Source: Amoebophrya sp. A120 (lineage: Eukaryota; Protista; Dinoflagellata). From it: 64,000 nucleotides of DNA. A program made the translations under genes and the position numbers. The DNA lies in contig CAJINV010000002.1 of NCBI GenBank assembly GCA_905178155.1, forward strand, positions 11,596,591 through 11,660,590, given 5' to 3'. Positions 37,301 through 49,494 of the stretch are shown here, piece after piece. Position 1 is the stretch's first letter, and the number at the start of each line of letters is the position of its first letter. The notes beneath the pieces are model-generated. The model saw nothing but the letters and a program-made list of their open reading frames with translations. It ran no database searches and was not told the DNA's origin.

Positions 37301-40300
37301 CACGTGGTTTTGCGACAGGTGGAACGGGTCGATCGGGTGCTGCAGGCTCGACGCTTATCCTGAGTAAAAATGTCCCCACACCATAGTCAAGATGGGGAAT
37401 CGGCTAGACAAATCCACAAGTTTTGGCTGTTTTGCATCACAAATTTGGACTCGTAGTGTAGTGCTGTTTGAGCTAGCTCAGCAGCATCACAGACCTAGCA
37501 CACCATGCTGATTGGAGCATGACAAATTGCAAAACACGACTAGAAGTTGCTTCTCATGGGGCTCCGCATGAGAAACATTTTCAGCATGTAGATTTGCATT
37601 ACAACTATGGGGTGGGGACGTTTTTAAATAGGATAACGCTGCCTTGTTCATCAGCTCGTTGCCCTCCCCAAAATATCAAAAGGAAAAATCCCCCCACCCC
37701 ATATCGAAAACGTATCCGTCTGAAAATTTGTGATGCGCATTTGTGACCTCAAATCCTGTCTGTCTTGCAAGAAGGCAAGTCCAGAAAGCCTTTCGCATTT
37801 TGCAGGAGGTTTGTCATGCTGTTTGGCTTAGAGCATACACGTTTGTCATGCTAGGCGCCTACGTCAAAGCCTCTCAACTGAGGCTTGACATATGCCTGCA
37901 CTCCTCTACTGCAATACAAATCTGATTTGTGTATGGAAATCCAGCATCAGAAACTTCGTTTCGATATGGGGAGGGGGGATTTTTTCTTTTGATACAAAAG
38001 CGGTCGTCACCGCCGACCCCGGCGGCGCGGACGCGTGCGCAAACTCCGTGACCATCTGGAAGGGTTGCGCACTGATTTTGAAGTCCGCGTCCTCGCCGTA
38101 GGGGTTCTCGATCTCGATGTCCTCCTGACCGTATCAAATGTAAAAATGTCTGGGTCTGGAAGGATGCGAACTTGTGATGCTGCCCTTGGATTCCCAAAAA
38201 ATCTGTATTGCATGACTACCAAAGGGAATGCAATTTTTGCTATGCTGAGAAGGCATTTGTCATGCGGAATACGCATCAAGAAGCCCTCAAAAAATCTGTA
38301 TTGCTAGGGTATGCATCACAGACATCATGGCTCATGCAAAACGTGCACGACAAGCGTCAGAATCTTCCAGACCCAGACATTTTTACAGTTGATAGACCGA
38401 CCTCGTAGACCACCGCCGTTTGGTGGATCACCTTCCGCGGCTTCTTCCCGGTACACTTGCTCTGCAGCTTGAACGTGATCGCCGCCGCGTGCTGGTTGCC
38501 CTCGCGCCGACTGGTGAAGGTCAGCTGCGCCTCACTGCTGCGCGTAAACTTGCTCACGAACTGCACGGGGAAGTTGCAACTTTGTTTCGGCTCGATGCGC
38601 AGCGGTTCCTTCTGCAGCGCCACGAAATCGCCCGACCCGCGAAGGGTGCCCGTGTAAGTCACCACCCGCTTGCTCGGGTTGGTCAGCTCGATGTTTTTGG
38701 TCTGGTTCGTACCCAGCAGGGTCTGGTACAGAATGGTAGACTTCGGCACGTAGTGTGGCAGGTTTTGGAACAGAAAGAGGGAGAGGAGCAGAAAATCCCG
38801 TGGATTAGGGTCCTGCATAATGTCCTGCGTTGTCAGAGGGTACTGCAGTTGCAACTCCCGTAGGCCCTGCAAGACGCAGTTCGCATTCGTCTGCAATTGC
38901 AAGGCAGTGGTGCAGGGGTACCTGAAGAATTGCGAAAAATATGAACTAGATCTGTAGCTTTTAATGCGTATTGTGCGTAGACTCACGCGTGAGCGAAAAT
39001 CTAGTCTTCGTCGTCCCGTACGGCGACGCACTTTTTTGCAAAAAAAAAGCAGCTTCCAAATTTTCACCATGACCGGTCTGGGTCCGCTAATTTTCCGAGA
39101 TGGAAGGCTGTCTTTCAATCCACAACACGTTTTCTCTTTCCCGACCTAGTGCTCGTTGCGCTTCCTACCTAGCAATGCGCTTTTTCGCAAAAAAAAAAGC
39201 TACGAATTCCACCATGACCGGTCTGGCTCCCATATTTTTTCAAGACAAGGACTTCCTTTGAAATCGCAAGCCGTTTCCGTTCACAAACGCGTGCTTCTCA
39301 CATCTGCAAAGCCCAAATGCGCGAAAAAAAAAACACTGCGTCGTGTGAGTATGTAAATATACTTCATCGCACGCAGGGAATCGCCAATGTGTGGTGCGTG
39401 TGACCACAAGACCATGCCGAAGACGCACATGTCTTGCAAATCCGTGTCAAAGTTGTTGACGACGCGGGCCGGAAACCTCCTCTCGACGTTGTTTATCTTC
39501 CAAAAGTGGTAATTCAGCCAGCGAAGCAGGATTGACTCCGACACGCCGTAAACCTGCGATTTGTATGGACGTAGGTATACGAAGCTCAGCGACATCGACT
39601 GAAGATTGAAGAAGGAGCGGAGGAACAACTACAAGCTCGCAGCAAAGCGGGTCGTGAAGAAAAAGCTGATGTAGTGATCATGTTCTGAAAATTCAAATCA
39701 TGCGCGGAAGATAACAAAAGACATACGTTAGAATCCGCCATCCCGCGAACGTCCAAACACGTTTGTAATTCGATCGGAATCTTTTTCGTTGCGCCCGGAT
39801 CATCGTCGTCGTCTTCCGGCATCATACCCGGTAAATCTTTGCGGAAACTCTTGGGCGTGACGCGGTTCAGCAGAAACACCTTTACCACTTGCAGCACGAA
39901 GTTTGTCCACGACTCGAGCGACTGTCCGACGTAGTTCTTCTCCAGCTGTCGCTTGCTAACCGGCCCACCGCTCGACTTAGATGCCGTCAATTGCACGTAC
40001 CTGCGAAAGTGAAAGTGTTGATAAATGAGATTTCCATTTCAGCCAGCGGTCTAGTTTGTCCAAGTCAGTGGTTTCGCCACGCTCCTCAGTGAACACAGCA
40101 AAAATTAATTTCTTCTAGCAGGAAACCGTTTTCAAAACTGACTTCATCATACCACAGAAGTACCTGACAAACAAGTCCTGCGACAGTAGCGTTTCGGGGC
40201 GCACCATGGAGAGCAAACAGCCGTGTTGTTTACAGAAGTTCAGCGCCTTTTCGTACACCGCGATGGTGCTATTAATTTTCACCAGATCCTTCGGCACGGC

Positions 40301-43300
40301 CTTCCCCGTGTCGGCTTTCTCCGGTGCGTGGCCCTGTGGCCTCTCCTTCAAAGCTGTAGTCAAAGCGTTCTTCCCCGAAAAGAATTCGATCATCTCGAAG
40401 ACCGGCTTGCCCTGCTGCAGGATCAGATCCTGTGGGAAGTTCTCGATGGGCACTTTAAACGCTACCCCGTTCAGCCATCTGACTAGACTGTCCGCCCCCT
40501 CCTGGTACGCCTTGGAATCGTGCGTCGGCGTGCAGGGCGAGGACGTTTTCAACGTGACAATTTGCTCCCCCTCCAGTGCGTAGTCTGCGGTGTTCTCCAT
40601 GAGGTACTGCGACGTGGACAGAACGCAGTTGTCCGCCGTGCCGGAGATCGGGATCACGTAACTCCGGTTGTCCGCGTCCACGAACTCTAACTTCGCCGTG
40701 AAGGAGAGCGACTTCGTGCTGCAGAACTCCACCTCCACCGGTAGTTTCGTTCGGCTCAAGGTCAACTGCTGCCCCTCCGGGAATCGAACCTGCAGCGGGA
40801 TTTTCGCGTATTCGGCGGGTAGCCGGTATTCCGCGTCCATGGACTCGTAACCGTCGTTCAGGATGTTAAAGGTCGCTTTAGCGGTGACACCTAACGGGAC
40901 GGTGGGGAGTTGAATCATCCGCTGGTCGAACGTGAGTTTCGGAACCGAGCCCTGCCCGCGGAGGCGGAGTTCCAGGTAAGGCAACGCGTCGTCTTCAATC
41001 GGGAGCGGCTGCGTCACGTCCGCGCGACTGCCCTCCTGCCGCGGGGGAGAGATGTAGACGGGGAGCTGCGCCTGGTACGGGACCGGCTTGATCGGCAGGA
41101 AGGAACACTTGATCACCTGGTCCTCTTCCGGGGGTAAGAGACCCGACACCGGGTCGATCACAAACACGTCGGACATGCCGGCCGTGTCGATGCGCCACAA
41201 CAGCGGGAAGTCGTCCGCGTTGTGCACGTGCAGCTCCAGCACGGACGCCTGGCCTTGCATGCCGGTCGGAACGACTTTCGTCTTAAAATCGAAGGTCGTC
41301 GTGGAGAAAAGCATGCGCGGGCGGAGGGCCTTGCCGTGCACCACGCGCTGGCACCCAGGGGCCTTTGCGTTGCCGGCGGCGACAATGGGCAGGTCGAAAA
41401 AGTGCTGGCCCAAGTCGGTGGGCTGGTAGGTGAGCTGCAAGGCGAGGGTGCCGTTTGCGGGCACAACCAATTTGAAGATTTGGCTGTCCTCGTCGTCATC
41501 GTCGTCCTCCTCGACCAACTGCGCCTTCAAAGCATTACTGCCACCACCGGACATGCCAAAAACGTCAGCTGGAAAAGTGTGTTTCATGAAGCTACAATTT
41601 TCAGCGGTTTTTTTGTAGAAAATCATAGCAGAGGAAAATGAACGAGCATGACCCCGCCCGCAATCTGAATCAACTTCAACAACGACAACCTGCGCAAAAA
41701 CGAAACTGTACATTTTCCTCCCTTTCCCTTTCCGCCCTTGCTGTCCTTCTTCTCGCCGCCACCGACCATGGTCAAATACTGGTCGTAGGTGAGTCGCTCG
41801 AAGTACACAGCCATCGCGGGATCGGAATCGTCGACCGCGGTGAGTGTGAACTCCGGGTAGTCCTGCAAGTTGATGTACAAAGTCCCCTCCACCGCGCTCG
41901 AGTTTCGCAAGGTCATGGGCAACGTGTGCACCGCGCCGAGCGTGAGGCTGCCGAACTCAAACTCGGCCTCTTCCAGTTCGATGTTGGGCACCACCGCCTG
42001 CGCCGATATTGGCAGGCGGATCGTCTTCCCTCCGCGAATCAACACGTTGACCACGGAGTCCAGGACCTGGGGCTGCTCGAGGGTTACACTTATTGTGATC
42101 TCCGCGGTCGACCCGATCGGCACGGATCCGCGCTGCGGTTGGATCGTCACGCCCTCGAGCTGTGATTCCACGAAAAAGACCGCGTTCGTACCGCCCTCGT
42201 TCTTCAGCGTTGCCGTCTTCTCGGCGGTGCTGCCCACGGAGAGAACGCCAAAGTCCACTTTTTTCTGCGAAAAGACCGCAAACCCCTCCTGGCAGCTGCC
42301 GCTGCAAGTAATGGCCTGGTCAAGACCGTCCTCGATTTTGAGGGTCAAGGAGGTCTCTGCGTTCGTGCTGTTCGGAAAAGGTGTGTAGGAAATGCTGACG
42401 GCGATATTTGCGTACGGCTTCACCGTTCCCTTCTCCGGCGACACGGTAAAGGCCGAGCCGGGCTGCACCTGCCAGTGAAACCTCGCCATGGCGTTCCCCG
42501 GGTTCTCCAAGACGATCGTTTCCGTCAGCGTGCGGTCCAAATCGTCGCCGAAGTTGAACACCAGTTCCGCAGTCGGTAATAGGAGGGTCACCGGCGTGAC
42601 CTCGCCGCAGAGCTGCAGTTTCTGCTGGTGGAAGCCGTTGATCGTGTAGGTGATGGTCTTATCCAGGATCTTCGGCGTCGGGGAGCTCATCACAATGTCG
42701 AACCCGCACGCGTGCGCGGAGGGAACCACCTGCGACAAAGGCGTCGTTTTCGACAACACGTCAATTCCATCGAGTTGCAGGGCGAGCAGCACGCTGTGCG
42801 GCAGGTCGTTGAAGATGGAAAAAGACTTAGAGATGGAACTCTTCACGAACACCTTGCCGAAATCGATCTTCTTCGGGCCGCAGGAGATCAGACTGAGCTG
42901 CGCGTCAAGCAACTGCGCCGTGCAGTCCCGCACCTCCGCCTGCGTCGTGGGCGCCGTCTTGAATTTCTTCCGTATTGGCTTGTTCTCGTCGTGCGTGTAC
43001 CGCAACCCGGTGACCCCCCGAACCACATCCGGGTCATCGTCCAACGGTCGCGCGAGCCACAGCTTTTCTGACTTCACGTCGTGCACGGAGTACTTCGGGG
43101 ACTTCAAGCCGCTCCCGGCTTTTATCCCGATGTCCGCGTCGTCTTCGAAGAAGATGTCAAAGTCCTTGGTCGGCCGCCCGCCCTGCTTCTCCCAGTACTC
43201 CTCGACCTTGCGCTTTTTCCTCGCGTCCTTCAGGTACTGGTTGTAAATCTGTTTGTTCTTCACGAACTCCTGCATGGCGCTCGGCGCCAGCGTGTGCATC

Positions 43301-45072
43301 GTCGGCTCCGGCTGGTCAGCCATCAGGTTCTCCAAGGCGTGGGTCGCCTCCAGCGACTGCACGTCCGCCTTCATGATAGCGGTGAGCGTCGACATTTGTC
43401 TTTTGAACGGCGGTGCGGTCGTGAACAATTCCTCCACATTCACGTAGTGGTACTGCGGTTCAAAGTCCGCGGCAACCTTTTCCAGCCCTTTGACCTGCTT
43501 CTGCTTGTACCCCATCTTTACGGATTCGCCGATCAGGTAAAGCACCACGGTGTACCTGAATTGGTGATTTTTCATGCGAGCGCACACTTGAGGAATACTC
43601 ACTCATCTTTGTCTTTCTACCGTGAAACAAACAGTAGACCCACACGCATCAACATGATCGAAACATATGTTCGAAAATAACACCACATTCAAGAAGTACA
43701 GATTTTTGCAGTATTTGACTTCCAGTTGCTGTTGAAACACACCGAGCTGCTTCGGCAGAAAGCTGACGGTGATGTTGATCACTTGCCGGGGCAGAAGCTG
43801 TCCCTTGCTCGGCGTGCAGCGGTAGTTCGGCACGATGGGGATGTCGAAGTCCACGGGCAGCACGTCGTGTGTGTTCTCTAATTTCACGACGACGTCTCTC
43901 CTGTCGTTCGTGTCGCACAACCCGAACTGCAGCGCTTCCGGTGTGGCCTTCAGCGCCGGGACCAAGGCCTTACTGCGGAGCTGGAGCTCCACGGTTTGGT
44001 CCTCGCGTAACTCCTCGGATTCGATGAAAAATTGCACCCCGAAGTCGAACAATTTGTCCTGCGGGCGGCGCGTACAGACGAACCCCTTCGTTTCCTCATA
44101 GGGAGGTGGCTGGAACGTGATGGTCACGGGAAGACTGCCGAACTCGGGCACCGTGCCGTTGGAGGGCGAAATCACGTACGAGTTTTTGATCGTCTGGCTA
44201 TCCGAGATCGGCTCAAGGTTGGTGGCGTTCCCGTCTTCGTTCCTTTGGTTCTGCACGTACGCGATGAAGCTGAGCGGCTCGGGGCCGTCGTTGAGTAACT
44301 GTATCGTCTTCACCACCGTCGTGCCGAAGTACGCGTGGCCGAACCCCAACTCCTTGATCTCCTGCGCGTCGTAGATGGCGTGCAGGTTCTGCCGCAGGAT
44401 CGTCCCGTGAATGTCCAGCGACTTCTTGTTGGCGACGAGCGAACTTTGATTCTTCAGGTTCACATCCAGAAGCTCGTGCACCGTGTGTGGCGTGTCGTAG
44501 CAGGTGAGTTCCAGATTCACCGTGGTGCTGCCGCGAGCCGGGACCTCGCCGGACGAGGGCTGGTACTCGAGCGCGAAGTTTTCGCTGCGAATGGCATCCG
44601 GAAACTCGAAGCCGCCGGGTCGGGACCCGGTGTTGTAGATCGTGAGTTCCTCTGCGAACTTTTTCTGCACGATCACGTTACCAAAGTTGAGAAATCGTGT
44701 GAAATCCAGTATCGCGCAAGGCATGGTCGCCTGCAGTGGCACTTCGAACCGGAAGTCGTCGCTGACCACCAGCAAGCGGTCGACATAGTCGCCCGGCTCC
44801 ACGATGGAGCAGAATTCGACTTCCACCGTGATCGCGAGTCCCGGTGAGATCGCCAGCTTGTTGTCGTAAATGAGCCGAAACTTACTGTCATTCCTCGCCT
44901 GCCCGGATTTCACGCCGGGGGCCACGAACCGGATCCGCCGCGCGTGCGCCGTCACATTGCGGATCACGATCTGTTGCCGGTACGAAACACCCACCTCGAT
45001 GTCCCGGAACGCGACCTTCTCCGGTTCGACGGTCAGCGCCGTCTGAAACGAGTTCCGCGATTGCGTCTCCAT
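31355..45072 (-). CDS. CFAP47: Cilia- and flagella-associated protein 47 (repeated ASH/MSP Ig-like domains plus calponin-homology domain)
   Basis: Many Ig-like repeats (LxFGxV...xNxG...FxVxPxxG). CH-like LLRWLNYHF...NNFDTDLQD and PNPRDFLLLSLFLFQNLPHYVPK. Exons join through about 11 GT-AG introns and three TIR elements. Confidence 0.88.
32924..34682. repeat. 132-bp tandem repeat, ~13 copies, inside the 2.1-kb GT-AG intron of CFAP47 (32731-34859)
   Basis: AGATCCGCT recurs at ~132-bp spacing (33101, 33233, 33365, 33497 ... 34558). Flanking exons join as SCQIP-VQFNPSN. Confidence 0.95.
37356..37635. mobile_element. Family B TIR introner-like element, 280 bp; TSD ACGCT
   Basis: TATCCTGAGTAAAAATGTCCCCACACCATAGT...ACTATGGGGTGGGGACGTTTTTAAATAGGATA. 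Removal gives CFAP47 NKA-ASSLQHP. Confidence 0.93.
37674..37994. mobile_element. Family C TIR introner-like element, 321 bp; TSD CAAAA
   Basis: ~35-bp TIR TATCAAAAGGAAAAATCCCCCACCCCATATCGAAA. Removal gives VTTAF-GEGNEL. Confidence 0.92.
38132..38394. mobile_element. Family A TIR introner-like element, 263 bp; TSD GACCG
   Basis: 31-bp family A TIR. Removal gives VYEVG-QEDIEIENPY. Confidence 0.93.
39030..39255. repeat. Degenerate two-copy repeat in a CFAP47 intron
   Basis: GCAAAAAAAAA...CACCATGACCGGTCTGG occurs twice about 145 bp apart. Confidence 0.6.
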
Positions 45073-46114
45073 GTTTTCGTAGTTCTCGCCTTAGGTGGAG
45101 CGGTAAGACGGCGATCGAGATGACCGGAGGTGACACGCGTTGTCTCTCGTCCTGTTTACGACTTACAGAAATCCGGGGTCGAGGCCGGGTGGAGCGGAAG
45201 GACTTCTCGTTTGATGACAACTCCGGCGGCGGCGTCGTCTCAGCGCTTTCGAGCCGGTGCTGGCAACAAACATAGCTTTTTTCTTGCAATCATTCAACAG
45301 CAATTATATGTCTTCACTCTCCAAAAAACAAGCTCCTGGGGAAAGCAGAAATCCAATTTTTCTCCATTGCAAACGAAAAGTATTCGGGCTCTCTCGAGGC
45401 GCAATGCGACACGAACGAAACGATTTTCGCTCCTCCCTCATGTTTCTCCTTCTTGTCCGGTCCCGGAAAGTGTTACATCGCTCGACTCAAACGTGCAAGC
45501 GTGATTACAAGCAGACGCAGAAGGAGAAGTGACGAGAAGCGATAATGACATAGCTGCAGAGTCAAACCTCCTTGGAAAGCGACGCTGAAAGAGCTAGAGC
45601 ATATGGCATCGGCCCTTTTGCATGGGTTTCCGCCTGGCAAAGTAAAGTGACGACGAATCATCAATTTCTAAAGTAGCTTGAAAACAACGAAAGGCTCGCA
45701 TACTTAGTACAATGTTCTTTTGTCGCTTTGAATTAGGGGTGGTAGTAGTGTCACATCCTGTTTGCTTGAGGAAGCGTTAGTTACGTCTCGCATCATCATA
45801 CACATCACTCTGTCTGCACCTTGCTATACCTGCCGTTGCCGATACGCGCTTGTGCATGTTTTCATCAAATTTTACAAATCGAGGTCTATAGCGAGGCAAA
45901 TTCTCCTACGAGGTACATACAATATTCACGAAGTAACAATTGATTCAGTCTACGCAGAATTAATCCTCTAGGTCCTAGGTGGAATACTAGATACAAAAGA
46001 TCATTGATTTTGGTACAAAAGGCTAAGACTCTGATTCGTACTAGCAGTTGGTACAAGGGTGCGCTGCTTTTCGAACGCGAAAATTTTCCTGTCGATTCGG
46101 TGACAACAAGACAG

Positions 46115-47076
46115 TCAGATGCACTCGCTCGCGGAGGCGCTGATGTCGCTGGTCTGCAGCAAATCCGGGGTGTAGACGCCGCTGCCCTCGGGATGCAGGC
46201 GGAAGCGCACATCTTCCATGCGCGGGCTGTCTTCGCCTTTTCGACTCACCTTCGCCTTGAGATCGTCCACTTCCCGCTGCATGGCCTCGAGTTTGAGCTG
46301 CTGAACGGACCGTCGCCAGGCGCTCTCGATCAAAACCAGGAGCGCAAAAGCGAGCACACCGAAAAAAACGTGTTTCCACCCACCATAGGTGATGCCGTAT
46401 CTGAAAGAGCGGCGTTTTTATCGGCATGCTTCGTACATATATTCGATTTGTGGCTGAAACACATCTGATCCTGTTCATGAGAAATCAAAATCGCATCAAA
46501 AAAATTACAAAGCAAATACTTGGCGTTCAATGGCTCGGCGGTCACGCGCTTCCACACAAACCCTCGCTCTGCTTCTTGGAACGAGGTTTTGCTTTCCTCT
46601 TCCTCGGGAGAATCAGCGACGACATTCGCGGAGGAAACTTCTTGCTCCGCAGGCGAATCTGATTCCGAGTCTCCCGACGCAGCAGACGCCTAGAAGTGTT
46701 AAAATTTCAACATACTTTTAATTTGAAGAAGATCCAAAAGAACCTTTTGTATCTGTCCCCGAGCAAGGCAATTAGATTTGCACTCATTTACAATCGCAGA
46801 ATTTGGCATCAGTTTCAGTGTCAGGGTTTTTCCCCGCACATCAACTAATTCGAAAACAAAGTATACATCGACGCCCGACAGATCCGGTTTGACATTTTCC
46901 TCGTCCGCTGCCGCATCCGCATTTTGCAATTCGTTCATTCCCGGCTGCCAGGAACGGACCCCAGAGTTATGCAACAAGCTGGAATCATGGTTCGCTCCGG
47001 ATGTCATCGCGCGAACACATGACAGCAGGTTTCCGGAAAACAAAATTCCAGTCAAAGCAAGAAAACCCCGGCTCAT
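46115..47076 (-). CDS. Possible hypothetical membrane or secreted protein, multi-exon, structure unresolved
   Basis: Signal-like MSRGFLALTGILFSGNLLSCVRA in ORF 46699-47076. Hydrophobic stretch plus short coiled coil in ORF 46115-46357. Confidence 0.35.
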
Positions 47077-48031
47077 CTTTGGTCCTGGAATCGGTGCACT
47101 TTTCTTCGAAAATTAACTGTCAGAAAAAACTGTCGTGGTCAAGATGAGAAGGGCGCAAAAGCAACTTCACCACTGTCTGCTTTAGTTTTCGAAAGTGATT
47201 GCGTGAAAATGAAATCGTGTGTCAGTATACGAGCGATCGAGATTGATCACGCTTACGACGAAACATCGACTTCGAACCTAAGCATGAGTCCAACCTTTTG
47301 ACAGGACTCTTCGTGTTCTCGACGACGCACCAGACAAAAAGTCGCTGTAAAGATTCATCTCCGATTACTTCTCTCAACCTAAATCACGAATCTTGCTCGG
47401 TCATTGATTGCCCGGCCAGGACATGTACAGGCCAGTCTACGAAGGAAGTACGATGAATCGAAATACAACGAAGTAAACGACTTCGATAAGGAAACAAAAC
47501 GAGCTGCGCGCCCGTCTCGAAGATCTTACCGGCGACCTACGAGATAGATAGGGAACAACGAACTTCACTTTCAAATTCAATGGCTTTATTCTTGAGCCGT
47601 ACATACGAGGCCATATTATTGATATCTTACCACGAATTCCGAGCCTACGCACAGTGAATGTTCGCATACACGAATTTAGCGGTTTTTGTAGTCCCAGAAT
47701 GGATGTGGGATAATCACGTCAGCTCAAAGTACGCACCAAAAATACAATCCGCCTGAAAGCAAACTGCATAGGTGGTTTTGTGCCTGAGCCATGCAACGAG
47801 CCAAAAAGTCGGGGTAGCTAGAGCGTGCCTTTGTCGCTTTGGGTGTAAAACATCTAGGTTCGACTTTCATGGAAAATCCACAAAGGATTTTACATTGTTC
47901 GAAAAATCAACACAGCAATCGATTTCCTCGGGCTCTACTTGTGCTAAGGCTCTACTTGTGCTAAGAAAAGTTCTTCATCAAACACAAACTATCCTAGTTC
48001 TGAGTCTTTCAGTAACACAAGTCGCCGCTCG

Positions 48032-48817
48032 CTATTTCTTCTTGCCCCCTCCCATATAGGCGTTTGCGGATATCGTCGCCTTTGCTGCCCCGCCATTTGC
48101 TTGTGCGGCAGCAGTATAGATTGTAAAAATGTCTGGGTCTGGAAGAGTCATGCTGTTTTTGCATGACACAGAAGGTCTGGCATGGAAGCTCTAGCATCAC
48201 AGGTTTCGAGAACCTTCCGCAATGCCGAATCCGCATGACAAGTCCCCTAATTTGCTGACAAAAAGTGGGAGCTTTTGCTACGTATGCATGAGAGACTTTT
48301 CTGTGTTCTGAAATACGCATTACAAGTTGCATTCTTCCAGACCCAGACACTCTTACATTTGATAAGCAGCTTCTGCTTTCTTTTTCTCGTCCGCCAAACG
48401 CTGCTTTTCCCGCATCGCCTCGGCTATCCTGAGTAAAAACGTACCCACACCAGAGTCAGGATGGGGATTTTGCAACACAAACCTAGGAGTTTTGTGAGTC
48501 ACGCATGACAAGTTGCACTATGCAGTGTAGTGCAGGTTAGCAAGTGCAGCCCGCATCACAGATTCGTCTGCTCATCCTGTTCACAGCATCACAAATTCCA
48601 AAACACGATTGGAAATGGCTCTCATGGGGATGCGCGTTACAAGTGTGGCTGTCTTTGCAAATCTGCATTACAACTCTGGTGTGGGTACGTTTTTACTCAG
48701 GATATCGGCCTGTTTGGCCTTATCATCCTGGGTCAGTTTTTGTCCGCCTCCTGCGTTTTTCTCGGCACGCGCTGCGGCGCGCGCGCGATCCTTTTCTCGC
48801 TGGTTACCGCGTGTCAT
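48032..48817 (-). CDS. SERF: SERF/4F5-family small EDRK-rich protein, 81 aa, interrupted by two TIR elements
   Basis: Reconstructed MTRGNQREKDRARAAARAEKNAGGGQKLTQDDKAKQAEAMREKQRLADEKKKAEAAAAQANGGAAKATISANAYMGGGKKK*. MTRGNQR is the family signature. 786-255-285=246 nt. Confidence 0.88.
48115..48364. mobile_element. Family A TIR introner-like element, 250 bp, interior inverted relative to the 21794 and 38132 copies; TSD AGCAG
   Basis: TATAGATTGTAAAAATGTCTGGGTCTGGAAG...CTTCCAGACCCAGACACTCTTACATTTGATA. AGCAG on both sides. Confidence 0.92.
48425..48704. mobile_element. Family B TIR introner-like element, 280 bp; TSD TCGGC
   Basis: Perfect 32-bp TIR TATCCTGAGTAAAAACGTACCCACACCAGAGT. TCGGC at 48420-48424 and 48705-48709. 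Confidence 0.94.
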
Positions 48818-49494
48818 TTTTGGGTAATGTCAGGCCGATATGCTATCAAACTGACAGACAGGGCAGAAAGGCTGTACGGCTGCTGGTGTGTTGGAGATTT
48901 CTGTGTGGTCTTCAGGAGAAGTAAATCAAGAAGGGGTTTCGCTTTTCAAATACGATCAGAAAAGAATTCGGTGTTCTCAAAAGTGCTAACACGCTGCTGG
49001 CCCTGGAAATCGTTAGTTCAAGTTGGCTGATGCTTCTCGTCATATGAATACCGACGATACGACGGACGAGCGCCGAAACATTTTTTTGAAAAGCAGGCAT
49101 TTCGAACTTTCCTCGGATCCTTTGCTGAATTTCCTCTTTCTAGTTTCGATCCTTTTGTTTCCTGAGTGAAGTTGTTTCGTGTCAGTAGCACAAGCAAACT
49201 CGCCAGAAAGGTAGTTCTCATTCTCGCACGACGAACACACTAGCCGCTACTCCAATTTCTATGTATTAGTAGAGCTGATGCGTTCTATTGGAGTTATTCA
49301 GTGCTTTTTACGAAAAAACCCTGTCGCTCGTCTTTTTTAGATGTCCATAAAATCGGTCTTGCAGATCGATGTGCCGCAAGTGATCAGTTAGTCAGAATCT
49401 GGTGGAATCGAAAATGAAATAAAGGCCAGAAACCGAGGATCCTCCTATTTATCAAACACGAAGCTCGCGCGTCCGCTTTTTATCTTCGCATTCC

